DNA of 64,000 nucleotides from a virus: IMG/VR virus record IMGVR_UViG_3300045988_102159, positions 78,631 to 142,630 of that record; one strand, 5' to 3'. Shown piece by piece: positions 53,626 to 63,000 of this stretch (position 1 is its first letter; each line of letters starts with the position of its first letter). The notes under the pieces were generated by a model. It saw only the letters and a program-made list of their open reading frames with translations, ran no database searches and was not told where the DNA came from. The position numbers and the translations under genes were made by a program.

Positions 53626-53747
53626 AAAAAGTGGGCAAATTTATATAGCGACTGCCCAAACCGCTGAATTGACTTGGGATATAGCACAGACGAGTTCAAA
53701 GTTCGCTCTACTATATCACTTGGAGAGTGTCTAAGATTAGCACTCTG

Positions 53748-53818
53748 AGCAGGACCAGGGTGCTGCCCCCTGTGCTTTGCTTTACAAGAGCAATGTATTA
53801 CTGTTATACTAGTCCTGC
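53748..53818 (-). tRNA. tRNA-Thr (TGT), non-canonical elbow
   Basis: Hand-folded. Acceptor is GCAGGAC/GTCCTGC. D-arm is GTAT-AACAGTA-ATAC, anticodon arm is TTGCT-CTTGTAA-AGCAA, and T-arm is CAGGG-GGCAGCA-CCCTG. Confidence 0.6.
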
Positions 53819-53831
53819 TCAGAATGTTAAT

Positions 53832-53874
53832 AAAAAAAAATGAGCCTGCAATACTCTAGAAATCTTGCAGGCTC
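53832..53874 (-). terminator. intrinsic terminator
   Basis: GAGCCTGCAA/TTGCAGGCTC stem followed by T9 on the minus strand. Confidence 0.7.
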
Positions 53875-53994
53875 TAACACCACTATTACAATATAAAAGT
53901 TGCGCAACAAAAATTATAACTTTTTGCCCAGAACTTTTATCTTGTAACTAAAGTTATTATATCATATTGATATAACGTCTGTCAAGAACTTTTT

Positions 53995-54552
53995 TTAGCT
54001 GTCAAACCAATAGACAACAAGAATGTCCTGCGGAGTTAGATAATATGCTCCTTCAATGCTACAATAACGCTTAATATCGTCGATGAAATCACCGACACTA
54101 TCTTTAAGCTCATTGTTAGAGGAATGACTTCCGAGCATATCATTAACTGCATACTTATGAGAGTCAATCATATTATAATGGTCAATAATATCAGCAAGCG
54201 CGACAACATTATATCCATATGCGCCACTCTCTTCCCAGTCTTCCCATTCTTTGAGAATCTTTCGCGGCACAAGACTATCATATTCAAGATATTTACCGAT
54301 AGGATGGTCAGCTTCATCTACATCTACGCGGCCATTACCGTCCATGAGCCAAGAAAATAGCTCATAATTGCGGCCACAATAAGGGTCTGCATACTCATAC
54401 GAAACAGCACCGTCGTTGTCATACTTAGTATACAGCTCTACTGGATAATACTCTTCACATCCGTTGTCCTGTGCGTATCTACTAGTCTTCCTAGCAAGAT
54501 AAACATGAATGTCCTGTCCCACACAAAGCTCCTTACAGCGTGTCCCTGTCAT
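53995..54552 (-). CDS. hypothetical protein
   Basis: 185-aa ORF. Confidence 0.6.
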   Translation of the reverse strand: MTGTRCKELCVGQDIHVYLARKTSRYAQDNGCEEYYPVELYTKYDNDGAVSYEYADPYCGRNYELFSWLMDGNGRVDVDEADHPIGKYLEYDSLVPRKILKEWEDWEESGAYGYNVVALADIIDHYNMIDSHKYAVNDMLGSHSSNNELKDSVGDFIDDIKRYCSIEGAYYLTPQDILVVYWFDS

Positions 54553-54880
54553 ATACTTGGCAGGAAAGGTTTAAGTCCATAAGATTAGCGTAAATATAAT
54601 TAAGTCGATTTGCAATATCTGCACGAGTATTGCCCTTGCAAGAACTACCATTGAGATTCTTAATTTCGTTTTCCAAATCACTTAACTCAGAATTAATAGC
54701 GTGCTGAACCTCGTACAAATCATCGCCAATAAGACCTTCAACACCATCACAGTTTGCCGCATGATAGGAAAGCATCATGGATTCTAGTTCATCATAGTTG
54801 AAGCCGTTCTCTTTCAAGCAAACGTCCAAGTCGCGCTTCGAGTCAATATTGTAATATTTATCTTTGACAAACAAATCCAT
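54533..54880 (-). CDS. hypothetical protein
   Basis: 115 aa with its own promoter/leader. Confidence 0.6.
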   Translation of the reverse strand: MDLFVKDKYYNIDSKRDLDVCLKENGFNYDELESMMLSYHAANCDGVEGLIGDDLYEVQHAINSELSDLENEIKNLNGSSCKGNTRADIANRLNYIYANLMDLNLSCQVYDRDTL

Positions 54881-54946
54881 GATACCTTCCTCTCTCTTTC
54901 TTTAACTATATTATATAACTTCTTAAACCTCTTGGCAAGAACTTTT

Positions 54947-55366
54947 TTAACCAAATAGCTTTAGAAGACGAGCAAAGTCCTGGTCAAGAAGAGACTCATA
55001 GGAAGGACGGCTTGTGCGGACAGTCTTTGTATCCTTAGTATCCTTTTCGATTTCCTCAATCTGCTTCTTGATTTCCTCAGCCTGAGACTTTAGGTCAGCT
55101 AATTTAGCCGCACGCTCTTCGCGCTCCTTCTTAATCTTCTCAGCCTGTTCCTTATCCTTCTTCTGCTTGCGGCCATTGGATACAGCCATAAGTTCTCGTG
55201 TAAGAGTACCAGTAATGTCATTAATAACCTTCATAGCATCTTTGCCGCTAGCTTTATGGTCTAGGTCAAGACCGTCGGAATCAGTTACATGTACGCCAAG
55301 GTCTACAACACCATCCTCATTTGTTGTCATAGCTAGATTAAAGTTTAGACCATAAGATTCTGCCAT
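54947..55366 (-). CDS. hypothetical coiled-coil protein
   Basis: 139 aa with a K/E-rich heptad region. Confidence 0.6.
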   Translation of the reverse strand: MAESYGLNFNLAMTTNEDGVVDLGVHVTDSDGLDLDHKASGKDAMKVINDITGTLTRELMAVSNGRKQKKDKEQAEKIKKEREERAAKLADLKSQAEEIKKQIEEIEKDTKDTKTVRTSRPSYESLLDQDFARLLKLFG

Positions 55367-55459
55367 TTACCATTCTCCTTTTAATTCTTTTGTTTCTTTA
55401 ACTTCGTTAATATTATAACAAATATTTTTCTAGAAGTCAACTATTTTATTGAAAATATT

Positions 55460-56218
55460 TTAGTACCAACCATGAGACTGCCAGTGTGCGGCCGCATTTT
55501 CCCAGCTACCATATCTATTTGATACGTATTGCTCAGCGACCCTATCTTGATTTTCCTGTGATAAATCTCCATTCAAATAAGAAATATCGAGTTGATATGC
55601 GCCGTAATAGCGTCCATTTGTAGCACTATAATTACCGCCACTTTCTTTAGAAACGATGAAGTCACGTGCCGAACCATTCCAAGAGTAATTGGAATATGAA
55701 TAGCTGGGAGCGCTATATGAGCTATATTGCTGATTCTGATAGCTTGCTGGTGCCGCAGCTTCTTGCGCCGCACGTTCTTCCGCTTCTTTCTTCTCTTGGA
55801 GTGCTTTCTGTTTCTTATCTGCGCCATATTGTTTCCAGCTATCAAGTCGAGCCTTATATTGTTTTAGCTCGGTGATAGTATCACAAACAGATTGCTTCTC
55901 CATAATATCTTGAATCTCTAAAATATCATTCTGTTCAAGATAGTCTCCGTAATTTTGAATAATATATATAACATCCTCATGTTGTGAGTTTTTCATGTTA
56001 CATTTATCCACTAGCCATGTCTGAGCGTTATCATACCCATCTTCCTTATATGGAATCATAGCATCAAGTGTAGTTGTGCGGACTGCCGCATTTGTAATTT
56101 CATCATTAACGATGATTGCATTTGCTTCGTTCACACAAAAAGCATTTGTCACGCCAGCGAGTGCCACTACGGATAGGCACATAGCCAATGCTTTCGTTTT
56201 GTTTTTAATGAATTTCAT
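55460..56218 (-). CDS. secreted protein with C-terminal transglycosylase-like (IsaA/SceD/Apf-like) domain
   Basis: Start trimmed to MKFIKNKTKALAMCLSVVALAG, a signal peptide. The C-terminus reads SKESGGNYSATNGRYYGAYQLDISYL. Confidence 0.55.
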   Translation of the reverse strand: MKFIKNKTKALAMCLSVVALAGVTNAFCVNEANAIIVNDEITNAAVRTTTLDAMIPYKEDGYDNAQTWLVDKCNMKNSQHEDVIYIIQNYGDYLEQNDILEIQDIMEKQSVCDTITELKQYKARLDSWKQYGADKKQKALQEKKEAEERAAQEAAAPASYQNQQYSSYSAPSYSYSNYSWNGSARDFIVSKESGGNYSATNGRYYGAYQLDISYLNGDLSQENQDRVAEQYVSNRYGSWENAAAHWQSHGWY

Positions 56219-56314
56219 TCGGATAATTCCTCTTTCTATTCCTATACGACAAGACGATTGCTTAAAAATATATGAAAAATATGGGCAAAAGATTATAACC
56301 ATTTGCCCAATTAG

Positions 56315-57127
56315 TTAATTTGTAAAACGGATTTGCTTTTTCTTTAAGACCTCGCCAAGAGACAGAAAATCTTCACACTTATTACAATGATTAGACAGGC
56401 GCTTGCAACAACGGCGTTCGCAGTCAATCTTGCTTGCGGTGAAACTTGGATGGATTGCGTCACAATGAAAATCCATATCTACATCTTCATTAATTTCACT
56501 CATTTGACCATGCCAATATTTGTTAATAAACCATGCGCGATATAGAACATCAAACTTCGCCCAGTCATATGGCAGTCCGCATTCAAATTCAAAAACATCA
56601 AAGTATGGATTGATAGTATCCATATCTTTTGGCATGAAAATTGGAGCCTTTGGATTGATACCACGGTCAAGTGTCATTGACGGCACCTGATTTAAAATTA
56701 GCCGCATTTGAACATTGTTCTCTTGGCAAATATCATGAACATTCTTTAGATTATAGCATAAATCATCTGCAATATATACATCAGATACACCTAGATTGAT
56801 AAAAGATTCAAGACAAGAATAGGTTGGAACCTTCATATCTTGATTAAAGAAAAACTTATATGAGTTCTCTTTCAGTTCTGCGGCCTTTGTAATATCTGTT
56901 GGTGCTACGCGGATATAAATCTTGTCTGATACCTTGTTAATTGACTTAACTGTAGGCATATGAATGCCTTCTGGGAATTCAAGATTGATGCGTGTATCAT
57001 CATACTCCTGCACAAAGTCAATTAGGTCTTCAATTGAATTACGAGATTTGTAAAAGAGAATGTTAAACTCTTTGACTTCATCGTTCAATTCGCCATTCAA
57101 TTGAAATGGAATTGCCAATTTAATCAT
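56315..57127 (-). CDS. hypothetical protein with Cys-rich C-terminus
   Basis: 270-aa ORF. Confidence 0.6.
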   Translation of the reverse strand: MIKLAIPFQLNGELNDEVKEFNILFYKSRNSIEDLIDFVQEYDDTRINLEFPEGIHMPTVKSINKVSDKIYIRVAPTDITKAAELKENSYKFFFNQDMKVPTYSCLESFINLGVSDVYIADDLCYNLKNVHDICQENNVQMRLILNQVPSMTLDRGINPKAPIFMPKDMDTINPYFDVFEFECGLPYDWAKFDVLYRAWFINKYWHGQMSEINEDVDMDFHCDAIHPSFTASKIDCERRCCKRLSNHCNKCEDFLSLGEVLKKKQIRFTN

Positions 57128-57208
57128 ATATCATCCTTTCATAATAACCTATTTTATATTATATAATAAAAAAGGGTAATTGTCAAGAGACAATCACCCT
57201 AAAAATCA

Positions 57209-57424
57209 TTAAAGATATGCGGCCAAACGATTCCACAACCATTGCGGCAAATCAGCAGTCTCGACCTCATAGTCATCCAAGAGGTCATAGACAATGTCGG
57301 CAGAAGCACGCCCATCATATTCAGTTTCAATTGTCTGGATTACAGCATCAACCTTCTGCTCCATCTCTTCCTCAGAAGCAAGAAGCATCATTGGATTGCC
57401 CACAGAATTATCCATGTGCAACAT
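57209..57424 (-). CDS. hypothetical acidic protein
   Basis: 71 aa with GGAGGA RBS. Confidence 0.55.
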   Translation of the reverse strand: MLHMDNSVGNPMMLLASEEEMEQKVDAVIQTIETEYDGRASADIVYDLLDDYEVETADLPQWLWNRLAAYL

Positions 57425-57426
57425 AG

Positions 57427-57630
57427 TTAGTCCTCCATCAAAATATCTGCAATCTTATACATATCTGCGGAAACTCGCTCTATGCGCACTCCGTAGATAT
57501 TATGAATCATATCAATTGCACCATCAAGATAATATCCAGAAATATCATCGTAATATCCAGAAATATCATCGTAATGCTCAAGATAATAGTTTGCAAGGTG
57601 CAGAATAGCGGTATTGTAAGAAGCCATCAT
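57427..57630 (-). CDS. hypothetical protein with tandem YYDDISG repeat
   Basis: 67 aa with a CCAAGAGAGAGGAAAAG leader. Confidence 0.55.
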   Translation of the reverse strand: MMASYNTAILHLANYYLEHYDDISGYYDDISGYYLDGAIDMIHNIYGVRIERVSADMYKIADILMED

Positions 57631-57691
57631 ATCTTTTCCTCTCTCTTGGCTATACCATAATTATATCATATGATATAGCCAATCGTCAAGA

Positions 57692-58642
57692 TTAATTTTC
57701 AAACCAGTTACGCAACTCGATTACCGAAGGGCAGGTTCCTCGACCATGCTCGCGGCACTCTTCCACGAACTCAGGAATTGCATCTATGAGACGAGGTTCA
57801 AATGCCAGCTTGGTCTTGATGTTCTTGATAGTGTCAATGTCGCGTCCAGTCCAAACCTGCTGCAAAACTCCACGAGCCTGCTTCCAGTTCTTATACCACG
57901 GAGTCTTATACTTTACCATGAACCCGTTTGCATCCTCAAAGACGAACCCTTCGATGCATTCACGAATAGACCAGCGCTCAATGAATTTCTCAAACTCATG
58001 CCAGTTAGCAATTGTTTCAATAAGAACCTTTAAATAGAACCCAAAATGTCCAGCAACATCCATCAAAGTGTTATACTCTGCATGGCTGTAGTCAAAATCA
58101 TTATAGACCAAGTCCAGAAGAACAAGATGAGCATGGGTATACTCCACAATGTGCGGGTCATTGATAGGGTCAATGCACTCGAAGACAGCGGTGCAGCTGT
58201 TCTTGCGCAGATATTCCGCAAACTCTGCCTGCTGTGCAGTAGTCAACGTCTTATCCAGAACGTCACGGATATATCCTGCGAAATCTCCCTCATTCGTGCT
58301 CTTGGATGCAATGAACAGCTTGCCGTCCTCGGTAGTGTCAGCAGAAATCATCGCAAGAAATCCGTTAGACTTTACATATGCGCACACAGGGAACACAAGA
58401 TTCTCCCGCAGGCTAACCATTTCAGTCTCGGGACGCTCTCCGATGTTGAAGAACTTGTTGTACGAACGTGCAACAACCTTATTATTATCACAATCCACGA
58501 AAAGACCTCGGCTACGAATCGAAACAGAATCCCATGATTTATCGAAAAAGCACTTATTAGAGAAATTAAAAGAAGAGATTCCATTGGCAAGATGCTTCTC
58601 GCGCACAAGCGAGCTATTACGCAGCATATCGACTTCGTTCAT
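57692..58642 (-). CDS. Rnl1-family (T4 RnlA / Trl1-type) RNA ligase
   Basis: Reads RSRGLFVD...SYNKFFNIGE...YVKSNGFLAMIS. This matches the RGLF, KFFN and KxNG lysine-nucleotidyltransferase motifs as I recall them. Confidence 0.65.
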   Translation of the reverse strand: MNEVDMLRNSSLVREKHLANGISSFNFSNKCFFDKSWDSVSIRSRGLFVDCDNNKVVARSYNKFFNIGERPETEMVSLRENLVFPVCAYVKSNGFLAMISADTTEDGKLFIASKSTNEGDFAGYIRDVLDKTLTTAQQAEFAEYLRKNSCTAVFECIDPINDPHIVEYTHAHLVLLDLVYNDFDYSHAEYNTLMDVAGHFGFYLKVLIETIANWHEFEKFIERWSIRECIEGFVFEDANGFMVKYKTPWYKNWKQARGVLQQVWTGRDIDTIKNIKTKLAFEPRLIDAIPEFVEECREHGRGTCPSVIELRNWFEN

Positions 58643-58730
58643 TTATCTTCCTCTCTCTTGGTTTAATAATATTATATCATATATAAAAGTGTGCGGCAAA
58701 TATTTTTTTCTACAAAAAAAGGGAGAGGAA

Positions 58731-58919
58731 CTAGTCCTCTCCCTTAGTAGCATTTTCTTCAAATTCCATGCGCTCTAACTTTTCCTTACGTTTTGCTTTA
58801 TAAGTATCGTCTTTGCGCTGACGAATTAGTTTTGCTTTGTGGGAAAACTTTTCAAAAGTATCATCATCGCTATACTCAAGTTCGTCCCAGTCACGAATTT
58901 TCACAATAAATCCTTTCAA
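58731..58919 (-). CDS. hypothetical protein, or 3' exon of a split gene
   Basis: Only a TTG start is available. The frame stays open upstream into the structured element. Confidence 0.4.
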   Translation of the reverse strand: MKGFIVKIRDWDELEYSDDDTFEKFSHKAKLIRQRKDDTYKAKRKEKLERMEFEENATKGED

Positions 58920-58934
58920 AGAAAAATGCTGTAT

Positions 58935-59690
58935 AATATAAGTCTGACAATCTGTCTGGTGGGCTATACAGAACTCGAATCTGTAACCTAAGAATTAGCT
59001 TGCTACACTATATTTCTATAGCCTATATAAAATAGTTGTAGTCTGGACTATCTCTTCACCGTTTCAGGTGGGATGCGTATAGTCTCTACGGAGTCTGTTA
59101 TAAGTCAGTTCCCTCGGGGTTATCTTCATCTATATACTCTGTATATTCTGCTAAGAGATTCCCCGATATAGCATCCTGCATTTCATTGGTTATTCCATGA
59201 AGTTGGATTTCTCTTGATAATTTTCCTCTACAATGAGGAGAGCAACAAGTGCATTTTAATTTGTTCTTTTTGTCTAAGAAAGAATCACTTCGCGGTTTAT
59301 TAAAAATTTTACCGCACCACGGGCATTTTAATGTTACCATTTTGTGTCCATGTAAATTTGCGTGCAACTTAGCATGTGCTTCTCGTGTAAGTAGTTGTAA
59401 ATTATCAATTGAATTATTCTTCTTATTTCCATCAATATGATGGACAACTTCATTAGTATCAAGAAGACGACCAAGATGATTTTCCATTACAATTCTATGC
59501 TCTAAGACATATCCATTTTTTGTAGCATTTGGATGGTCTGGAACTAAAGCATAATTATAATCACCTTTACTTATAATCTTTTCAATATTCCACAATGAAA
59601 GCTCCGTTTCTTTTAAAGTTCTTTGCTCTGTCCATTTGAGCTAATAGCCCGTCAAACAGATTGTCTAGGACTTGTCTAATAAGTGATGAT
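58935..59690 (-). mobile_element. candidate group I intron (different subtype) carrying an HNH ORF
   Basis: P7-like GACTA...TAGTC flanks a CACC-TGAAAC-GGTG hairpin. The ORF is closed by ACGGAG/CTCCGT. Long-range GACAATCTGT/ACAGATTGTC and GGGCTAT/ATAGCCC pairings are present. Boundaries are approximate. Confidence 0.4.
59098..59595 (-). CDS. HNH endonuclease
   Basis: Reads GYVLEHRIVMENHLGR...VHHIDGNKKNNSIDNLQLL...H. Confidence 0.75.
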   Translation of the reverse strand: MWNIEKIISKGDYNYALVPDHPNATKNGYVLEHRIVMENHLGRLLDTNEVVHHIDGNKKNNSIDNLQLLTREAHAKLHANLHGHKMVTLKCPWCGKIFNKPRSDSFLDKKNKLKCTCCSPHCRGKLSREIQLHGITNEMQDAISGNLLAEYTEYIDEDNPEGTDL

Positions 59691-59966
59691 ATATACCTTG
59701 CGACTAGTGTCGTGATAAATCTGAGTTGCTTTTGTTAGGTTGTCATAAAGAATAGCTTTGCTAACAATATTCTTAGCTTCATCATCGCCATATACACGAA
59801 TAAAATGCGGAACAATTGCATCATATACATCACGTTCAGAATAACGCTTACCATTTACAAAATCTACAATTGTTGTATATTGCTCGCACCATACAAAAGT
59901 AAAGTCTGGATTGAGCTTTGTAATATATGAATTCATTTCCTTATCAGGAATAATGATACAATTCAT
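59676..59966 (-). CDS. hypothetical protein, or 5' exon of a split gene
   Basis: 96-aa ORF ending inside the structured element. Confidence 0.5.
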   Translation of the reverse strand: MNCIIIPDKEMNSYITKLNPDFTFVWCEQYTTIVDFVNGKRYSERDVYDAIVPHFIRVYGDDEAKNIVSKAILYDNLTKATQIYHDTSRKVYIITY

Positions 59967-60055
59967 TACTTAAATCGCTTTCCATAGTAATATGCGTATA
60001 CAGAAAAAAGAAAGATAGAAACAATTCCTATGATTACAATAAACATGTTATCACC

Positions 60056-60499
60056 TTAGTAAAGTTCTTGAAAAGCCAAACCATTATCATCTGTGTAATA
60101 GATATGGCGAATTCCTTTGTCTCGCAAAGCGTTAAGACACGCGGCACAAGGAAAACTTCTGCCCATAAGAAGTGGCTTGCCGGGCGAGATACGATAAATA
60201 TAAATATTTGCCTTGCTATAATTGATATTTATATCAATGCACTTTGGAATGTTTAGCAAACAATCCATTTCAGCGTGCAAATAATCGTGAATAGGCTTTC
60301 CATTATACCTAAAAGTCCTATATTTGCGATTATATTTCTTTTGCAAAGGATTAGTCTTACGACTATTATGACCAGTAGCAAGAACACGTCCCTTGTATGA
60401 GATTACCGCCCCGAGTTTGAAAGGTTCATATGTAGATTCCAGTGCCGCCTTTCGCGCCAAATCAAACATCTTCATATCATGCTTACTAAACTCAGCCAT
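60056..60499 (-). CDS. dCMP/cytidine deaminase family protein
   Basis: HAEMDCL ... PCAACLNAL matches the zinc-binding motifs H(A/C)E and PCxxC. Confidence 0.7.
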   Translation of the reverse strand: MAEFSKHDMKMFDLARKAALESTYEPFKLGAVISYKGRVLATGHNSRKTNPLQKKYNRKYRTFRYNGKPIHDYLHAEMDCLLNIPKCIDININYSKANIYIYRISPGKPLLMGRSFPCAACLNALRDKGIRHIYYTDDNGLAFQELY

Positions 60500-60565
60500 T
60501 TATTAAATCCTTTCACATCTTATATTATATATATATATCATAAGATGTATCCATTGTCAAGAACT

Positions 60566-60778
60566 TTATTTCACCAAAGTAAAATTAGGATGATAACCAA
60601 TCGACTTGCCGCATAATGTAAGCAAGTTTACACAATTAGAAATAATACGCTCATACTCTTTAGTGCTATTGGCTTGTTCCAATAGGGAGATAGAAGCGGC
60701 CATAGAAGTTTTTGCAAACTCTACAGGGCTTAACTCAATATAGATTTTTGCTTCTGGTAATAAATCATTCCAATTCAT
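60566..60778 (-). CDS. hypothetical protein
   Basis: 70-aa ORF. Confidence 0.5.
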   Translation of the reverse strand: MNWNDLLPEAKIYIELSPVEFAKTSMAASISLLEQANSTKEYERIISNCVNLLTLCGKSIGYHPNFTLVK

Positions 60779-60839
60779 ATGACCGCATCCTTTCTTAAAC
60801 TAAATATATTATATAATAAAATAATTAAAAAGTCAATAA

Positions 60840-61814
60840 TTATTTTTCATCGTATGCGGCAAAAGCATTTAGCATTTTAGTGATAAGAGCGTGCCTTATA
60901 ACATCAGCTTCTGTCATGCGGACAACGCCAATACCAGATACATCTTTCAGACTATTGGCAAGATATTCAAGACCGCTTTCGCCTTTGGAATCTTGCTGAA
61001 CCAAATCGCCGCACAGGACAATCTTAGAATCTTCTCCTAGACGTGTGACTGCTAGCTTTCCTAGAATTGGATTCATATTTTCTGCTTCGTCCACGAGAAG
61101 GAAAGTTTTGTATAGAGAACATCCGCGCATATATCCTAGCGGTAACATTTTGATTTTACCTTTTTCAATATATGAATCAAGTTTCTCACGCCCGAGAACT
61201 CGTTCAAATACATCCATCATAGGAAGTGCATATAGTGAAAACTTTTCATCGGCAGTACCGGGCAGCGCGCCTAAATCAGCTTCGCCTTTTGCTGAAACCA
61301 TTGGACGAGAAATGACGATAGTATCTACATTCTTGCTAATAAGCTGAGATAGAGCGTAACATACTGCTGTGTAAGTCTTGCTTGTTCCAGCTGCACCAAT
61401 ACAAATAGTAATAGCGTTGTGCCGCATACTATTCAGATATTCAAGCTGACCTTCTGTGCGGACTTTGATTTCCTTCTTACCATATTTAAGAATAGTTGTA
61501 GAAGAATCAGAGTTATCAAAAATGCCGCCATCTGCACTCTGTTTTGCAAGAAGTCGCACTTCGTCTGTGCTGATTTCGTCTTTTGAACAAGCAATTTCAA
61601 TCAGCTTTTCAAATACCTCTTTGGCTTGATTGACAGATTTCTCTTTGCCAAAAATTACGATATTATTCTCTTCCTTAGAGCGACCTAGATTAACACGCAG
61701 AGTATCGTCAATTTGCTCTTTGATGGCCTTTACATATTTATCAGATGGGCCTAATACATTTACTGCATCAATACCACGAGGAATAGATACACTAGCTTGA
61801 ACACTGTTATTCAA
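60840..61814 (-). CDS. phoH: PhoH-like ATPase
   Basis: Walker A is GAAGTSKTY and Walker-B-like is LLVDEAENM. An N-terminal KH-like region and the ~320-aa size are typical of PhoH. Confidence 0.65.
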   Translation of the reverse strand: MNNSVQASVSIPRGIDAVNVLGPSDKYVKAIKEQIDDTLRVNLGRSKEENNIVIFGKEKSVNQAKEVFEKLIEIACSKDEISTDEVRLLAKQSADGGIFDNSDSSTTILKYGKKEIKVRTEGQLEYLNSMRHNAITICIGAAGTSKTYTAVCYALSQLISKNVDTIVISRPMVSAKGEADLGALPGTADEKFSLYALPMMDVFERVLGREKLDSYIEKGKIKMLPLGYMRGCSLYKTFLLVDEAENMNPILGKLAVTRLGEDSKIVLCGDLVQQDSKGESGLEYLANSLKDVSGIGVVRMTEADVIRHALITKMLNAFAAYDEK

Positions 61815-61827
61815 TAGAATCCCACCT

Positions 61828-62418
61828 TTAATCTAATACTAGTTCCGTATTCTTCTTATATCGCTCATAGTCCTCTTGCGGCACATCGAAGATAGTTAGG
61901 ATACCAGTCTTGATATATACTCCACCCATATTACCGTCACGCTTGATGCGGCCAAGTAGGTCTTTCCAACCTTCCTCAATGACCTCAACGCGCTGCTGGT
62001 CTGGCTTGACGATACAGGCAGATGAATATTTACATCCTTCGTCTCCAGTTGTTTCAGCACTCATATAGAGATATTGTGTAGTTTCGCTAATATCTTCCTT
62101 ATATGAACGATAAATTGTGACCATATTATCCATAAGATTTCCGAGAACATAAATTTGCAATACAGGACGAGTGTGCTTATAATCACATACGACTGTTGTA
62201 AGCCAATCGGTGAGAGTCATATCTTCACATTCAAATTCTGCACCAGCAGTATCCATTAGAAGAGATTCAATATCAATATCTTCGTCATTGTCTGTATTGA
62301 GGTCAATAGCTTGAGAGATATAATATTCAATTTCATCATACGAAATTAGATTGTCGAATTGCCCATAGAAAGTATATGGAACGTCATTTACAATAGTTTT
62401 AATTTTGCAATAGCGCAT
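61828..62418 (-). CDS. hypothetical protein
   Basis: 196-aa ORF coupled to phoH. Confidence 0.6.
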   Translation of the reverse strand: MRYCKIKTIVNDVPYTFYGQFDNLISYDEIEYYISQAIDLNTDNDEDIDIESLLMDTAGAEFECEDMTLTDWLTTVVCDYKHTRPVLQIYVLGNLMDNMVTIYRSYKEDISETTQYLYMSAETTGDEGCKYSSACIVKPDQQRVEVIEEGWKDLLGRIKRDGNMGGVYIKTGILTIFDVPQEDYERYKKNTELVLD

Positions 62419-62419
62419 A

Positions 62420-62992
62420 TTAACCTTTCATCCTATAACGTCGAGAGTATTCCATTAAACAACATGCCGCAGACTGCGCAACATTTAGCGAGCGGCAAGA
62501 GCCATATTGACGAATATAAATCATTTCATCACATTTGTCAATGATTTCTTTTGGTAGACCATCACATTCATTCCCATATACAAACGCAGACTTCATTGGA
62601 ATATCAGCATCATAGATATTCTGTGGATTATATTCTGGAATATTATCTACAGCAAAGATAGTATATCCAAGAGGATGAAGAATCTCTAAAACTTCATCAA
62701 AATCATCAGCATGATATACAGTTTCATATCTATGAGTGCTAATTGAGCCACGTCTATCCCACTTCTTGCGGCCAACGATATAGACCTCTTTTCCAAGAAA
62801 TGCATTGTGCGCACGGATACCGCTGGCAATATTGATATTGTATCCTACATTCATAAAAATAGAAACAATCGGGAGCCTATTTTTTTGTAGGTCAGCTTTA
62901 ATCTCTTCATCAGTCCACTGCTTGTATGCGTCAATGACATTCCGCTTTGCTGTCTCACAGAACTCTGTGCTATATCCATACTGAGTAATCAT
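62420..62992 (-). CDS. SpoU/TrmH-family RNA 2'-O-methyltransferase
   Basis: The C-terminal motifs FVYGNECDGLP and RSLNVAQSAA are typical of the SPOUT knot. Confidence 0.6.
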   Translation of the reverse strand: MITQYGYSTEFCETAKRNVIDAYKQWTDEEIKADLQKNRLPIVSIFMNVGYNINIASGIRAHNAFLGKEVYIVGRKKWDRRGSISTHRYETVYHADDFDEVLEILHPLGYTIFAVDNIPEYNPQNIYDADIPMKSAFVYGNECDGLPKEIIDKCDEMIYIRQYGSCRSLNVAQSAACCLMEYSRRYRMKG

Positions 62993-63000
62993 AATATCCT

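Noticed and set aside
53626-53747. A possible fifth tRNA or another ncRNA between tRNA-Gln and tRNA-Thr. It has a 7-bp hairpin GATATAG...CTATATC and stems AGAGTG/CACTCT and TGGGCA/TGCCCA.
   Set aside because: I could not build a cloverleaf or match it to the repeat family. It is left unannotated and may be spacer or processing structure.
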